NCBI GenBank assembly: GCA_025453975.1
Contig: JALOPI010000014.1
Coordinates: forward strand, 3,668-67,667
DNA: 64,000 nt
Source: Syntrophobacteraceae bacterium
GTDB taxonomy: Bacteria; Desulfobacterota; Syntrophobacteria; Syntrophobacterales; Syntrophobacteraceae
Direction: 5' to 3'
Numbering within the stretch: position 1 is the first letter of the stretch; every line of letters begins with the position of its first letter. This document shows positions 46,893-57,585 of this stretch, piece by piece. The position numbers were made by a program, and so were the translations under genes. A model generated the notes under the pieces. It did not search any database, had not been told where the DNA came from, and was given only the letters and a program-made list of their open reading frames with translations.

Positions 46893-49040
46893 TCAGGCAG
46901 CCAGGGAGCGCTTCAATTCCCGAAGCATATCCGTGAATCGATAAGGCTTGGTGACGAAGCCCGAAGCCCCCAACTGGATCATCTCCCTCCTTCGCTCACT
47001 TTCCAGATACCCCGTGGCGACGATGATCTTCATTCGCGGACTGAGGGCCAGGAGCCTCTCGAGGCAGGTCTGTCCATCCTGACCTGGCATGTTGAGGTCC
47101 AGGATGATGCACTGGACCTCGTTCTCGAACTCAGAAAAGACCTGCAGGGCGTTCTCCCCGTCGTGGGCGGTCAGCACCCGGTACCCGAACCGCTCCAGCA
47201 GCTCACGCCCCACATCCAGAACTTCCTGCTCGTCGTCCACCAGCAGGATCGTCTCCCCTCTGCCCTGGATCTCCTGATCCGAGACTCTCGCGTCGATCCT
47301 GGCCGCCACTTCCCCCACCTCCGCGGGGAAATAGATCTCGAAGGTCGTCCCCTTCCCTTTTTCGCTGGTGCATCGAACGAAGCCGTTGTGGTTGGTGACG
47401 ATGCTGTAGACGATGGCAAGCCCCAGCCCTGTGCCTTTGCCCGGTTCCTTGGTGGTGTAGAAGGGATCGAATATCCTCTCCAGGACATCCTGATCCATGC
47501 CGTGTCCGGTGTCCGACACACCGAGGCACACGTAGCGGCCCGGCGAGGATCCCAGGTGGCTGCGGCAGTATTCCTCATCGATGAGCACGTTCCTGGTTTT
47601 CAGGATGAAGCGCCCGCCATGAGCCATGGCATCTCGGGCATTCACCGCCAGGTTCATGATGATCTGCTCCAGCTGGGCGGGATCGGCTCGAACGGGGCGC
47701 AGCTCGGGATCCAGATCCTGCTCGATGGTGATGAGCTTGGGAATCAGCCGCTCCAGCAGCTCGCAGACCTGGGTGACCTGATGGTTCAGGTCCACGACCT
47801 CCAGCTGGCTCTCCACCTTGCGACTGTAGACGAGGAGCTTCTTGGTCAGCGCCGTGGCCCGCTGAACGGCCTTGTCGATGTGGTTGAGATAGCGAGCGTC
47901 CGGGTGATCCGAGGACTTGGCCTTGAACAGCAGCTGCAGACTGCCTGAAATCACCTGAAGCAGATTGTTGAACTCGTGAGCGATTCCGCCCGCCAGGGTA
48001 CCGATGGCTTCCATCTTCTGGGCCTGCATCAGCTCGGTTTCCATCGACTTGCGCTGGGTGATGTCGCGCAGGAGATGCAGCGTGGCGGGCCTCCCCTTCC
48101 ATTCGATGGGAACGGAGTTCATATCCACCCAAAGCGTCTTTCCCAGCTTGTTCACCATGCGGAACGGCAGCATCAGGGCAGGCTTCCTCTCCGTGCTGAT
48201 GAGGCGACCCCTCTCCATGACGTTTTCACGGTCTTCGTCGGCCACGAGATCCATGAAGGAGGTGGACTTGAACTCCTCCTCGCTGTACCCCAGCAGGTCA
48301 CAGGTCTTGGGATTGGGGAACTTCACCACGCCGTCCTGGACGATGAAGATCCCCTCGTTGGCGTGATCCACCAGCATCCGATACTTCACTTCGCTTTCGG
48401 CGACGCTGTCTTCCAGCATCCGCGAATAGACCTTGAGCTGGGACTGGGCCTCCTCAAGCTTGAGCCGCAGCTGATACTGCCTGAACCGGTGACGGTAGTC
48501 AGTGGAAGAGGCGATGAGCCCGATGACGAGAGTCGTGAAAATGAACATGTTGTTGGCGATGAACAGGTTGATATTCTCACGGGGTGAAAAGACCAGCACC
48601 GATCCGATGTAGATCATGTAGATGATGGCCGAATGAACCAGAACGAAGCGCATGCCCACGGTCATGATGGCGCAGAACGCGAGGAAGATCAGGTTGAGGC
48701 CGGCATAGTAAGTGGTGGTGTAGCCACCGGTGACGATGATCATCCGGATGATGCCAAGGGCGGTGATGTAGACCCCGGCCGCCCCCAGATAACAGCTCTT
48801 CTCGCCGAAATTCCAGCGCAGATTGAGCCCCAGCAGCCCCAGGCAGAGAACACCCACGAGGAGCCGTATTGTCATAAACTGCAGGAGGTATTCGGGAAAA
48901 AGCAGGTAGTCGACTATGCCGAACAACGGGACGAGACTGGCGCCAATGAGGAGGGTGATGCTCACCCGCTCACGGACGAAAGGAATCTGATCCTTGTCGA
49001 AATCACGGATGAGAGGTGAGTCGGCTTTGAAAATCGCCAC
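46893..49040 (-). CDS. hybrid sensor histidine kinase (multi-TM N-terminus, PAS, HisKA, HATPase, C-terminal REC)
   Basis: About 6 TM segments, a PAS region, the H-box GGIAHEFNNLL, N/G boxes (NLAVNARDA, DTGHGM, GTGLGLA), then REC (ILLVDDEQEV...IILDLNMPGQDG...KP). Confidence 0.9.
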   Translation of the reverse strand: MAIFKADSPLIRDFDKDQIPFVRERVSITLLIGASLVPLFGIVDYLLFPEYLLQFMTIRLLVGVLCLGLLGLNLRWNFGEKSCYLGAAGVYITALGIIRMIIVTGGYTTTYYAGLNLIFLAFCAIMTVGMRFVLVHSAIIYMIYIGSVLVFSPRENINLFIANNMFIFTTLVIGLIASSTDYRHRFRQYQLRLKLEEAQSQLKVYSRMLEDSVAESEVKYRMLVDHANEGIFIVQDGVVKFPNPKTCDLLGYSEEEFKSTSFMDLVADEDRENVMERGRLISTERKPALMLPFRMVNKLGKTLWVDMNSVPIEWKGRPATLHLLRDITQRKSMETELMQAQKMEAIGTLAGGIAHEFNNLLQVISGSLQLLFKAKSSDHPDARYLNHIDKAVQRATALTKKLLVYSRKVESQLEVVDLNHQVTQVCELLERLIPKLITIEQDLDPELRPVRADPAQLEQIIMNLAVNARDAMAHGGRFILKTRNVLIDEEYCRSHLGSSPGRYVCLGVSDTGHGMDQDVLERIFDPFYTTKEPGKGTGLGLAIVYSIVTNHNGFVRCTSEKGKGTTFEIYFPAEVGEVAARIDARVSDQEIQGRGETILLVDDEQEVLDVGRELLERFGYRVLTAHDGENALQVFSEFENEVQCIILDLNMPGQDGQTCLERLLALSPRMKIIVATGYLESERRREMIQLGASGFVTKPYRFTDMLRELKRSLAA

Positions 49041-49157
49041 TTCGGAACCTTCGATAGGTCAGGCTGGAAATCTGGAAGAACGGAGGAAACGGTGAAGCCT
49101 TCCGGAGCCACTGCCCAGCCGCTGGGTCACAAGACTGCCCACGGGTCACGGGAATGC

Positions 49158-50687
49158 TCATTCACGCGTTGCTTTGGCAAATAAATTGACGCCATTCTTT
49201 TCTTGAATGATCTCGCACCTTTCTCCGAAAGGAGTCTCTTCGAAGAGCTGCCTCAGCTCGGATTCATGCCGATGGATGAGCTTCCACTGGAGGATTCGAT
49301 CCATGAACACCCTGTTGGGATTGTTGGGACCGAAATTGCCGATGATGAGGATTCCGCCTGGCTTCAGGTGCTCGAAGCACCGGGTGACCAGGGCTTTGAA
49401 GAGACGACGGTCCAGATAGTCCGTCAGTCCCGCCGAGTAGACGATGTCGAACATGCCAAAATCGTGCCGCACCCGTCCCAGCGACCACTTCACGACATTG
49501 TCGTTCATGAGCCGAATCAAGGCCCCGTGATGAAAGACATTGACGTGCTGATTGGTGTATTGAAGGGCATCGAGGTCGGCATCCACGCAGATGGCCTCTA
49601 TCTTCTCCGTGTATTTGCATTCGGAGAGGAAATCAAAAAGCTCCCGATTGGAGCCGCAGGCCAGGTTCATGATCCGGATCGGGCCGGGCGAGCTCATTCG
49701 CTCACCGCAGATCTCACGGAGGGAGGAGCCGAGGAGCTCCCGGCGCCCGCGCACCGCGCGGGCCGCGGACGTATCGAGATACCAGCGGTCCAGGATCACT
49801 CCCAGTTTTCCGTCCCCCTCGGGCTGATTCCGATAGATCATCTCCATCATCAGGTAATCACCGGCGTAGCCCTTGGGCTTGAAATAAGCCCGTTCCGCAA
49901 AACGGCTTCGCATGAAATATGGGAACAGCTCCTTGAAGAAGTAGCCCCAAACATTGTCCTCAACCTCGGGCCTCGTCAGGACCTCCACGGACTTCTCCAA
50001 CTGCTCGTTGAGATCGTCCAGCAAAGCATGGCACTTCGCCTGGGCCACTTCGGAAATCTCGGGGCTCGCGTCCTGCTGCAGACGATGCGAAAGATCAAAA
50101 AGCTGAGCCTTCATATCCTCGACAATGCGGCTGACGGAACGCCACTCCCGGGTCTGCAGAAACGCCTCGGGCAAGGGCCGCGAGCCCTGATAGCCGCGCT
50201 TGCCCGTGGACAGCGACGCGGCATAGGCCGTCAGGGGCTCCCGTTCCTCCAATATCATACGGAACTTGGCGCAGATGCGCCGGGTCATGTACGTCAGGAA
50301 CTTGCCGTAAAGCCTGGGATTCTCTTCCTGAACCCTCTCGAGCATCTCCTCTTCGAAGATGCGGATGATGCAGTCGGAGGTGGCCCTGATGTTGCGCACA
50401 CGGGACACGCCGTCGAAGTAGGCGATTTCTCCAAAGAAGTCGCCCTCCCCAATCATCGCGACGACGATCTTCGTCTCTTTGAACGTATGGTAGACTTCGA
50501 CGGCCCCCTTCTGAACATAATAGATGCGGCGGGAGTCCGTCTCCTTGATGGGCACCTCTTCATCCTTCTGGTACTGCACCACCGGGGAGAGCGGAAGAAT
50601 CTGCTCAATCACCTGGGAACCGAGAGCCGGCCCCTGATGGCCGACCGTTTGAGCCGGCGCGGGATACGCGCGAAGCCCCTGCTCCAT
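49158..50687 (-). CDS. cNMP-binding domain / class I SAM-dependent methyltransferase fusion protein
   Basis: ATG 50687 is preceded by GGAGGAG. The N-terminus is CAP-like (YYVQKGAVEVY...GEGDFFGEIAYFDG..R.A). The C-terminus is methyltransferase-like (IRIMNLACGSNREL, VCVDAD, YSAGLTDYL, LKPGGILIIGN). Confidence 0.8.
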   Translation of the reverse strand: MEQGLRAYPAPAQTVGHQGPALGSQVIEQILPLSPVVQYQKDEEVPIKETDSRRIYYVQKGAVEVYHTFKETKIVVAMIGEGDFFGEIAYFDGVSRVRNIRATSDCIIRIFEEEMLERVQEENPRLYGKFLTYMTRRICAKFRMILEEREPLTAYAASLSTGKRGYQGSRPLPEAFLQTREWRSVSRIVEDMKAQLFDLSHRLQQDASPEISEVAQAKCHALLDDLNEQLEKSVEVLTRPEVEDNVWGYFFKELFPYFMRSRFAERAYFKPKGYAGDYLMMEMIYRNQPEGDGKLGVILDRWYLDTSAARAVRGRRELLGSSLREICGERMSSPGPIRIMNLACGSNRELFDFLSECKYTEKIEAICVDADLDALQYTNQHVNVFHHGALIRLMNDNVVKWSLGRVRHDFGMFDIVYSAGLTDYLDRRLFKALVTRCFEHLKPGGILIIGNFGPNNPNRVFMDRILQWKLIHRHESELRQLFEETPFGERCEIIQEKNGVNLFAKATRE

Positions 50688-51369
50688 GGTCTCGTCTCCT
50701 CCAATAGGGATGAGTGCTCGTCCTCTCGTGTGCTCAACAACGGAGGCCGCCCGGAAAGGATCAACCGTCAGCGTGGCCGGGAAAGGCCCACTGCTCCCGA
50801 CAGCGCCAGCCCGGACATCCGCGATGGTTCCGTCGCTGAATCGACACGGTCTTCCCATCCGGGCAGAAGTGAAATCTGGCGCCGTTTTCACGCATTATGC
50901 GATGGGACATCTCATATCGGATTGACAGCGATAATACAAGCAAGATCTTGGCAGCGGGCCCCTCCCCGGAAGACACCCCAATTCCGGGCTCGAACCGGGT
51001 CCCGGGCGGGCCTCCCGCGGACAGCTTCCAGCGGCATTGGCGCTTGACCGCCCCTGGTGATTAAGCTAGATTTGTTACGTCTGCTCACTCTTCCATGTTC
51101 AGTCAGCCATAGCCCCCCGTTCTCACGGAAGAGGATGGGAGCAGGCGTCACCTCCGTTGAGCCCTGATGCAGCTCGGATCCTCACGCACCCCATGACGAC
51201 CCCGGTGACTCCGAGCCCCGGGAGATCCGTCGCTCGACGCGCCCCGTAAGGCGCGGATGCTGGAAATTAGGTAAGCCGACAAAGGCCCGGGATTTTCGCG
51301 CACCGGTCTCGGGTTTGTGAGCCGCGATGGTCCAGATTCCTGAAGTTATCAATAGCAGCTGCACGAATC

Positions 51370-53646
51370 ATGATCAGAGAGATCGCTAAATCTTATCATA
51401 GTCTCATCTTCAGGCTCATCCTGCTTGTAGGGCTGGTACTTTCCATCATCATTTTCACCTGGTCTTACTTCAACATAAAATATCAGCAGAAGAACACCAT
51501 CAATACCATCGTCGACGAGGTCGATCGCCTGGGTACGACCATAAAGCTCGGCACCCATTATGCCATGATGCTCAATGCCCGCGACGACATCAATGAGATC
51601 ATCAAGAATATCGGAAGACAGGAAGGGATCGAGTTCATCCGGATCTTCAACAAGGAAGGCCAGATCAAGTTTTCCAAAGTTCCCGAGGAGGTCGACCGGA
51701 CGACCAACATCAAGGACGAAGCGTGCATCATTTGCCACGTCACCGACCCGCCTCTTCAGGAGGTGGGGATGCCCGAGCGCACCCGGTTCCTGTCGCAAGG
51801 AAGCCACCGTCTGCTGGGGATCATCAGCCCCATTTACAACGAGCCGGGGTGCTGGACGGACGACTGTCACATCCATCCCCAGGACAAGAAGGTCCTGGGA
51901 GCCCTGGACGTGGTGGTCTCGCTGGCCAAGACGGACAGCGAGATCCGGGCTTATGAGCGGTGGATCATCCTGCTGGCCATTTTCACCTTCCTCTCCACCT
52001 CGACGCTCATCGGCACATTCCTCCTCATCTTCGTCAAACGTCCCATCACGCGCCTCATCCACAGGACCAAGCTCATCGGGCATGGCATTTATGAGCCGAG
52101 GAGCGAATCCTATGCCGACGACGAGATCGGCGCCCTGGAGCGGGCCATCAACCAGATGGGGCTCCAGATCATCGAAAAGCAGGAGGCATTGAACAAGCAG
52201 CGCAACGAGTACCAGCAGCTTTTCGAGGAGGTGCCCTGCTACATCACCGTCCAGGACCGAAACCTGAGAGTCCTCCGCTACAACCGGGAGTTCACCCAGC
52301 AGTTCGCCCCCAAGCCGGGCGATTACTGCTACGAGGTTTACAAGGGGCGATCGAAGCCCTGTGAGGTGTGCCCCGTCATGATGACCTTCGAGGACGGCGA
52401 ATCGCATTACAGCGAGGAGACCGGAGTCACCAAGGACGGCCAGATCACCCACTGGATGGTGAGGACGGCGACCATACGGGGCCAGGACGGAGAGATCTCG
52501 GCCGTGATGGAGATCTCCATCGACATCACCCAGCTCAAGCGACTGGAGGAGGAGATCCGAAAGTCCGAGGAGAAATACCGGGTCATTTTCAACAACATTC
52601 CCAACCCGGTCTTTGTTCTGGACCGAAAGAGCCTGGCGATCCTGGACTGCAACGACAGTGTCAAGCCGGTTTACGGACTGAGCAAGGAGGAGCTGGTTCA
52701 TACCTCCTTCCTGCGGCTTTTTGATGAAAGCGAGCATCAGCACTACGGGCTCGAGGTCAGGTCCACGGACAGCCTGACGCACACCCGCCAGACCACGGCG
52801 GATGGGAAGCAGATCTTTGTCAACATCCGGGTGTCCCCATTCGAGTACCTGGGCAAGGAAGCCTTTCTGGTCACCGCCAGCGACATCACCAAGCGGCTCA
52901 TGGCCGAGCAGCAGCTGATCCAGGCCAGCAAGATGGCGACCCTGGGCGAAATGGCCACGGGCATTGCCCATGAGCTCAACCAGCCCCTCTCGGTGATCAA
53001 GACGGCGAGCAATTTCCTCATGAGGAAAGTGAGGAAGGGGGAGCCCATCCGGGACGACATTCTGGTGACCATGTCCGAGGAGATCGACAGCCATGTGGAT
53101 CGGGCCTCCAAGATCATCAATCACCTGCGTGAGTTTGGCCGAAAATCGGATGTCAAGAAGGAGGAAGTCGACGTCAATGCCGCCCTCAGGCGGTCCCTCG
53201 AAATTTTCAGCCAGCAGCTCAAGCTCAGGGAAATCGAGGTGATCGAGGAGCTGGACGAAGCCATCCCCCCGGTGCTGGCCGACGCCAATCGACTGGAGCA
53301 GGTTCTCATCAACCTGTTGTTGAATGCCAGGGATGCCATCGAGGAGAAGGGGGAGAAGCTCGGCAGAAGAGATTTCGAGAAGAAGATCCATCTCAGGAGC
53401 TCCGTGAAGAACGGCAGGGTTGTCATCGAGGTCCGTGACACGGGAATGGGGGTCCCGGCATCGGTGCTTGAGAAGATTTTCGAGCCTTTCTTCACGACGA
53501 AGAAGGTGGGAAAGGGAACCGGCCTGGGCCTGTCCATCAGTTATGGCATCGTTCAGGATTACGATGGGAAGATAAGGGTCGAGACCAGGGAGAAGGAAGG
53601 TACAGCCTTCATCGTGGAGCTCCCCGTGCCGGCGGAGAATGGATGA
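51370..53646 (+). CDS. sensor histidine kinase with periplasmic domain carrying c-type haem-binding motifs, HAMP, two PAS, HisKA, HATPase
   Basis: TM1 ([18 protein letters not shown]), then a ~165-aa loop containing CIICH (CxxCH) and CWTDDCH (Cx4CH), then TM2. The H-box is [11 protein letters not shown], and the N/G boxes are [15 protein letters not shown] and GTGLGLS. Confidence 0.9.
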   Translation: MIREIAKSYHSLIFRLILLVGLVLSIIIFTWSYFNIKYQQKNTINTIVDEVDRLGTTIKLGTHYAMMLNARDDINEIIKNIGRQEGIEFIRIFNKEGQIKFSKVPEEVDRTTNIKDEACIICHVTDPPLQEVGMPERTRFLSQGSHRLLGIISPIYNEPGCWTDDCHIHPQDKKVLGALDVVVSLAKTDSEIRAYERWIILLAIFTFLSTSTLIGTFLLIFVKRPITRLIHRTKLIGHGIYEPRSESYADDEIGALERAINQMGLQIIEKQEALNKQRNEYQQLFEEVPCYITVQDRNLRVLRYNREFTQQFAPKPGDYCYEVYKGRSKPCEVCPVMMTFEDGESHYSEETGVTKDGQITHWMVRTATIRGQDGEISAVMEISIDITQLKRLEEEIRKSEEKYRVIFNNIPNPVFVLDRKSLAILDCNDSVKPVYGLSKEELVHTSFLRLFDESEHQHYGLEVRSTDSLTHTRQTTADGKQIFVNIRVSPFEYLGKEAFLVTASDITKRLMAEQQLIQASKMATLGEMATGIAHELNQPLSVIKTASNFLMRKVRKGEPIRDDILVTMSEEIDSHVDRASKIINHLREFGRKSDVKKEEVDVNAALRRSLEIFSQQLKLREIEVIEELDEAIPPVLADANRLEQVLINLLLNARDAIEEKGEKLGRRDFEKKIHLRSSVKNGRVVIEVRDTGMGVPASVLEKIFEPFFTTKKVGKGTGLGLSISYGIVQDYDGKIRVETREKEGTAFIVELPVPAENG

Positions 53647-54782
53647 AAGAGAAGATTCTGCTGGTGGATGACGAAGAAGGTATCCGTCGAGTCCTGGCCA
53701 TCACTCTCGAGGATGAAGGCTACGAGGTCCTGACGGCGGGGAATGGTGAAGATGCCATGAAGGTCTTCGAGGAGGCCTTGCCGCGCCTCGTGCTCACCGA
53801 CATCAAGATGCCCGGCATGGACGGGGTGGAGCTGCTTCAGCGCATCAAGGAGCGGAGGCCCGACACGGAGGTCATCATGATGACGGGACACGGTGACCTG
53901 GAGCTTGCCATCAAGAGCCTTCAGTTCGAGGCCGCCGATTTCATCACCAAGCCCATTCACGACGACGCCCTCGACATCGCCCTCAAACGGGCGCGGGAGC
54001 GGATCGCCCTCAAGGAGCAGGTGCGCGTTTACACCGACCATCTCGAGCAGCTCGTTGCCGAGAAGACCCAGCAGCTCCTCGATTCCGAGCGGCTGGCGGC
54101 CATCGGCCAGACGGTGGCGACCCTGGCCCATGCCATCAAGAACATCATCGGGGGGCTCAAGGGCGGCATGTATGTTCTCGAGAAAGGTATGGAGCTCGAC
54201 AACGGGACCTATCTCTCCCAGGGGTGGGAGATGCTCAAGGGCAACGTGGGGAAGATCTCCAACCTGGCCCTGGATCTGCTCAACTACGCCAAGGAGAGAG
54301 CGCCCGACTACCAGCGGTGCGACCCGAACCGGCCTCTGGCCGAGGTCTACCAGCTCATGCGGATCCGGGCCGAGGAATGTGGAGCCCGATTGCGCATGGA
54401 AGTGGATGAGAGCATGGGAGAGATCCTGATGGACCCGGAAGCCATCCACTGCTGCCTCCTGAACCTTGTCGGCAACGCCCTGGATGCCTGTCAGTGCGGT
54501 GGGAGTTGCGGTCAGCCGGCAGAAATCGTATTAAGATCCCGTCAGGCTCCGCACTGGGGGGTGGAATACCAGGTCGAGGATAACGGCTGCGGCCTCGACG
54601 AGAATACCAGGGAAAAGGTGTTCAAAGCCTTTTTCAGCACCAAGGGAACCAAGGGAACGGGCCTGGGCCTCATGATCACCCAGAAGATCATCAAGGAGCA
54701 TGGCGGAGAAATCGAGCTCGACTCCAGGCAGGGGAAAGGAACGGTCTTCACCGTCCGCCTTCCCGACTTGCCGATTTCTTGA
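53643..54782 (+). CDS. response-regulator receiver / histidine kinase fusion
   Basis: REC ([10 protein letters not shown]...[12 protein letters not shown]...KP) is followed by the H-box-like [10 protein letters not shown] and an HATPase domain ([22 protein letters not shown]). ATGA overlap with the upstream kinase. Confidence 0.9.
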   Translation: MKEKILLVDDEEGIRRVLAITLEDEGYEVLTAGNGEDAMKVFEEALPRLVLTDIKMPGMDGVELLQRIKERRPDTEVIMMTGHGDLELAIKSLQFEAADFITKPIHDDALDIALKRARERIALKEQVRVYTDHLEQLVAEKTQQLLDSERLAAIGQTVATLAHAIKNIIGGLKGGMYVLEKGMELDNGTYLSQGWEMLKGNVGKISNLALDLLNYAKERAPDYQRCDPNRPLAEVYQLMRIRAEECGARLRMEVDESMGEILMDPEAIHCCLLNLVGNALDACQCGGSCGQPAEIVLRSRQAPHWGVEYQVEDNGCGLDENTREKVFKAFFSTKGTKGTGLGLMITQKIIKEHGGEIELDSRQGKGTVFTVRLPDLPIS

Positions 54783-54927
54783 GCCCGTCGCCACCTCTTG
54801 CTGGACTTCGCGGCCAGAGGGACGTATTCGTAACGGTGCGCCACACGAAAGCAGCGGACCAGCCCGGCGTGATGGCCCGGAGATCGGGTCGGCTCGAAAC
54901 TCTCGACTCGCACGAAAAGGAGAGGCC

Positions 54928-55428
54928 ATGGTCGAGTACAAGAACATTCTCTTCTGCAGCGATTTTTCCGAAGACGCCAACATCGCCTTCCTGCATGCCC
55001 TGAATTTTGCCAAGCGACATGGTGCCAAGCTTCATGTTCTGAATGTTCCCCACTCCCCTTTCACGTACAATCGCAACATCGTCGACGAGCACGTCCCTCC
55101 GGAGAGCTCCCACCACGGACAGGCCTTCTTCGACAAGGAGGTCGAGGCCCAGGCCGAAAAGGCCCTCCGCGAATCCTATGAAAAGAGACTGGGCGATTTC
55201 AAGGACTGCACCTTCGTCGTTCGCTGCGGCTCCCCCGATGTCGAGATCATTCGCTACGCCAAGCAGAACAGCATCGACCTCATCGTGATGGGCGCCCTCG
55301 GTAAAGCGGAGCACGACCGAAAGGTGCACGGCAGCACCGTCGCCAGTGTTTCCAAATACGCCCACTGTCATGTGATGGCGATCCGAAATCCGGCAAAGCA
55401 GTTCACACTGCCCGGAAAAATGCACTGA
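54928..55428 (+). CDS. universal stress protein (UspA family)
   Basis: ATG 54928 follows [21 protein letters not shown]..., [10 protein letters not shown] and [18 protein letters not shown] form the USP pattern. Confidence 0.85.
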   Translation: MVEYKNILFCSDFSEDANIAFLHALNFAKRHGAKLHVLNVPHSPFTYNRNIVDEHVPPESSHHGQAFFDKEVEAQAEKALRESYEKRLGDFKDCTFVVRCGSPDVEIIRYAKQNSIDLIVMGALGKAEHDRKVHGSTVASVSKYAHCHVMAIRNPAKQFTLPGKMH

Positions 55429-55486
55429 GCCCCGCGGCTCGGCTTCATTCATACAGGATGATCCCGAGAATCTGGAGGTTGGATCA

Positions 55487-55888
55487 ATGGCCAAGAAAGT
55501 CCTCGTGGTAGACGATGAGCTGGATATGAGAGTGTTCATCTCGACACTCCTCGAAACCAACGGCTTCAAGCCGATAGGAGCCGAGGACGGTCAGGAGGGG
55601 CTGACTCTCGCCAAAAAGCACAAGCCCGTACTCGTCATCATGGATGTCATGATGCCCAAGGAGAGCGGCATCTTCATGTACCGGGGGCTCAAATCAGACC
55701 CCGAGCTTCGGAGTATTCCCGTGATCGTGTGCTCCGCCCTGTCCAAGAAAACGTTCTTCCACTCGCAGAGGGTTCTGGACGAGTATGAAGGCAATCCACT
55801 CGGCGAGCCGAACGATTACATCGAAAAACCGCCGGAGCCGGATGAGCTGCTGGACGCCGTCCAGCGCATCCTGGGCCGTCCAGCATGA
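55487..55888 (+). CDS. single-domain response regulator (CheY-like receiver)
   Basis: KVLVVDDELDMR, VIMDVMMPKESG and YIEKP are receiver motifs. GGAGG SD upstream. Confidence 0.9.
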   Translation: MAKKVLVVDDELDMRVFISTLLETNGFKPIGAEDGQEGLTLAKKHKPVLVIMDVMMPKESGIFMYRGLKSDPELRSIPVIVCSALSKKTFFHSQRVLDEYEGNPLGEPNDYIEKPPEPDELLDAVQRILGRPA

Positions 55889-55915
55889 GGGCTCGGGGAG
55901 AGTGAGGCACGTCTC

Positions 55916-57010
55916 ATGGTGACCCAATCGTCCCAAATCAGGGCAACGGAGCTGATCAAACGCTTAGCGGAAGCTCACGGAGCGCCCGGCAGCGAGGATT
56001 CCATCCGGGGCATTTTCAGGGAAGAGCTGCGCGGGCTGCCCATTCAGGTCGATGGAATGGGCAATTTGTTCTGCGAGAAGCAGGGGCGGTGCGATCGGCC
56101 TCGCATCATGGTGACGGCCCACATGGATGAAGTGGGCCTGGCCGTGCAGTCCATCACTCGAAGTGGTCTGATCAGGTTCATTGCGCTGGGAGGCTGGTGG
56201 TCCCACACCCTTCTGGCCCAGCGCGTGAGGATCCTGACTGGAAGCGGCCTGGAAATCCTCGGAGTCATCGGCGCCAAGCCACCGCACTTCCTGCAGGAGG
56301 CCGAGCGCGAAAAAGTGATGAAAATCGATGATATGTTCATCGATGTGGGTGCGGATAGCCGTGAAATGGTGCTCTCGGATCTCGGGATCCGCGTCGGGGA
56401 CCCCATCGTGCCTTTCAGCCCCTTCGCCCCCCTCTCGCGGCCGGGGCTGTATGTGTGCAAAGCCTTCGACGATCGGGTGGGAATGGCACTGGCCATCCAG
56501 GCGACCCAGGAGCTGGGGTCCATGGATCATCCCGGCACGGTGGTGGCCGTGGCAACGGTACAGGAAGAGCTGGGAGTGCGCGGCGCCACCACGGCCCCCT
56601 GTACGGCCAGGCCCGATGCGGCCGTCGTCCTGGAAGGCACGCCCGCCGACGATTTCCCGGGATCCTCGGAGGACGAGCAGCAGGGGGTGCTCGGCCGGGG
56701 CGTCCAGATTCGACTGCTGGACCCATCGGCCATCATGAACCGGGGTATGGTCGATCTCGCCCTGGAGCTGGCCCGGAAGCACCAGATCCCTCATCAGGTG
56801 GCCGTTCGCAGGGGCGGCAGCACCGATGCCCGCGCCATTCACCTGCATGGGCGCGGGATCCCCACCATCGTCCTGGGCGTTCCTGCCCGTTATATTCACA
56901 CCCACAACAGTATTGTCGCCATACAGGATTACACCAGTGCCCTCGATCTCACCTTGAGGCTGCTGGGAGCCATGGATGCTGATACCGTCCAGGGCTTCAC
57001 CGCCTTCTGA
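55916..57010 (+). CDS. M42-family aminopeptidase (FrvX/YpdE-like)
   Basis: AHMDEVGL, KAFDDRVG, QEELGVRGA and GGSTDA are motifs of peptidase family M42. Confidence 0.85.
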   Translation: MVTQSSQIRATELIKRLAEAHGAPGSEDSIRGIFREELRGLPIQVDGMGNLFCEKQGRCDRPRIMVTAHMDEVGLAVQSITRSGLIRFIALGGWWSHTLLAQRVRILTGSGLEILGVIGAKPPHFLQEAEREKVMKIDDMFIDVGADSREMVLSDLGIRVGDPIVPFSPFAPLSRPGLYVCKAFDDRVGMALAIQATQELGSMDHPGTVVAVATVQEELGVRGATTAPCTARPDAAVVLEGTPADDFPGSSEDEQQGVLGRGVQIRLLDPSAIMNRGMVDLALELARKHQIPHQVAVRRGGSTDARAIHLHGRGIPTIVLGVPARYIHTHNSIVAIQDYTSALDLTLRLLGAMDADTVQGFTAF

Positions 57011-57050
57011 GGGGGGCCATGGGGGGGGGATGATGATGGAGCCGGAATGA

Positions 57051-57428
57051 TCAGCCGTCGATACCCGAGGTCGACTCCATATAGTGGCTGAATTCCTCCA
57101 TCACCCTGCCATCGATCTCAGAATTGTGGAGAATGATGTTCTTCAGGAGGACGAAGGAATCCAGGTCCATTCCGGTGATCTCCACGGCGAGGGCTGATTC
57201 CTCCTGGCGGGTCACCCTACCCAGAAGCCGAATGATCACCTCCGATGTGCTCCCGGCCAGCTGAATCTGAACGTCAACATGCACTCCAACGGGCAGGGAT
57301 TCGACACTCTTGACCAGCATGCCTCGCAGACTCAGGTTGCCCAGCTGACCCCGGATCACCTTGTTTTCCCAGCTCAGCGCTGCCTCGCCACGAAAAAGCA
57401 CCCTCGTGAAATTCCGCTTCTCATCCAT
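57051..57428 (-). CDS. PilZ-domain protein (c-di-GMP receptor-type)
   Basis: RNFTR (RxxxR) near the N-terminus, and GNLSLRG (D/NxSxxG) about 25 residues later. Confidence 0.8.
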   Translation of the reverse strand: MDEKRNFTRVLFRGEAALSWENKVIRGQLGNLSLRGMLVKSVESLPVGVHVDVQIQLAGSTSEVIIRLLGRVTRQEESALAVEITGMDLDSFVLLKNIILHNSEIDGRVMEEFSHYMESTSGIDG

Positions 57429-57550
57429 TCCATTTCACTCCCGTCACAATCACATCGCTGTATTGGCGAACCAAGCTCCTGGAAGTGCATCGCCCCCTGC
57501 ACACGGGGGGTCTCCGCGCCTCGCAGAGAATTCCAGCCATCATTCCCGCG

Positions 57551-57585
57551 GGGGGCTTCGGGCTCCGATGGGGAGAGAAGCCCCC
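57551..57585. other. 9-bp perfect stem-loop in the pilZ / mltD-like divergent intergenic region
   Basis: GGGGGCTTC (57551-59) pairs with GAAGCCCCC (57577-85) around a 17-nt loop. Flanking CCCG/CGGG can extend the stem. Confidence 0.45.
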
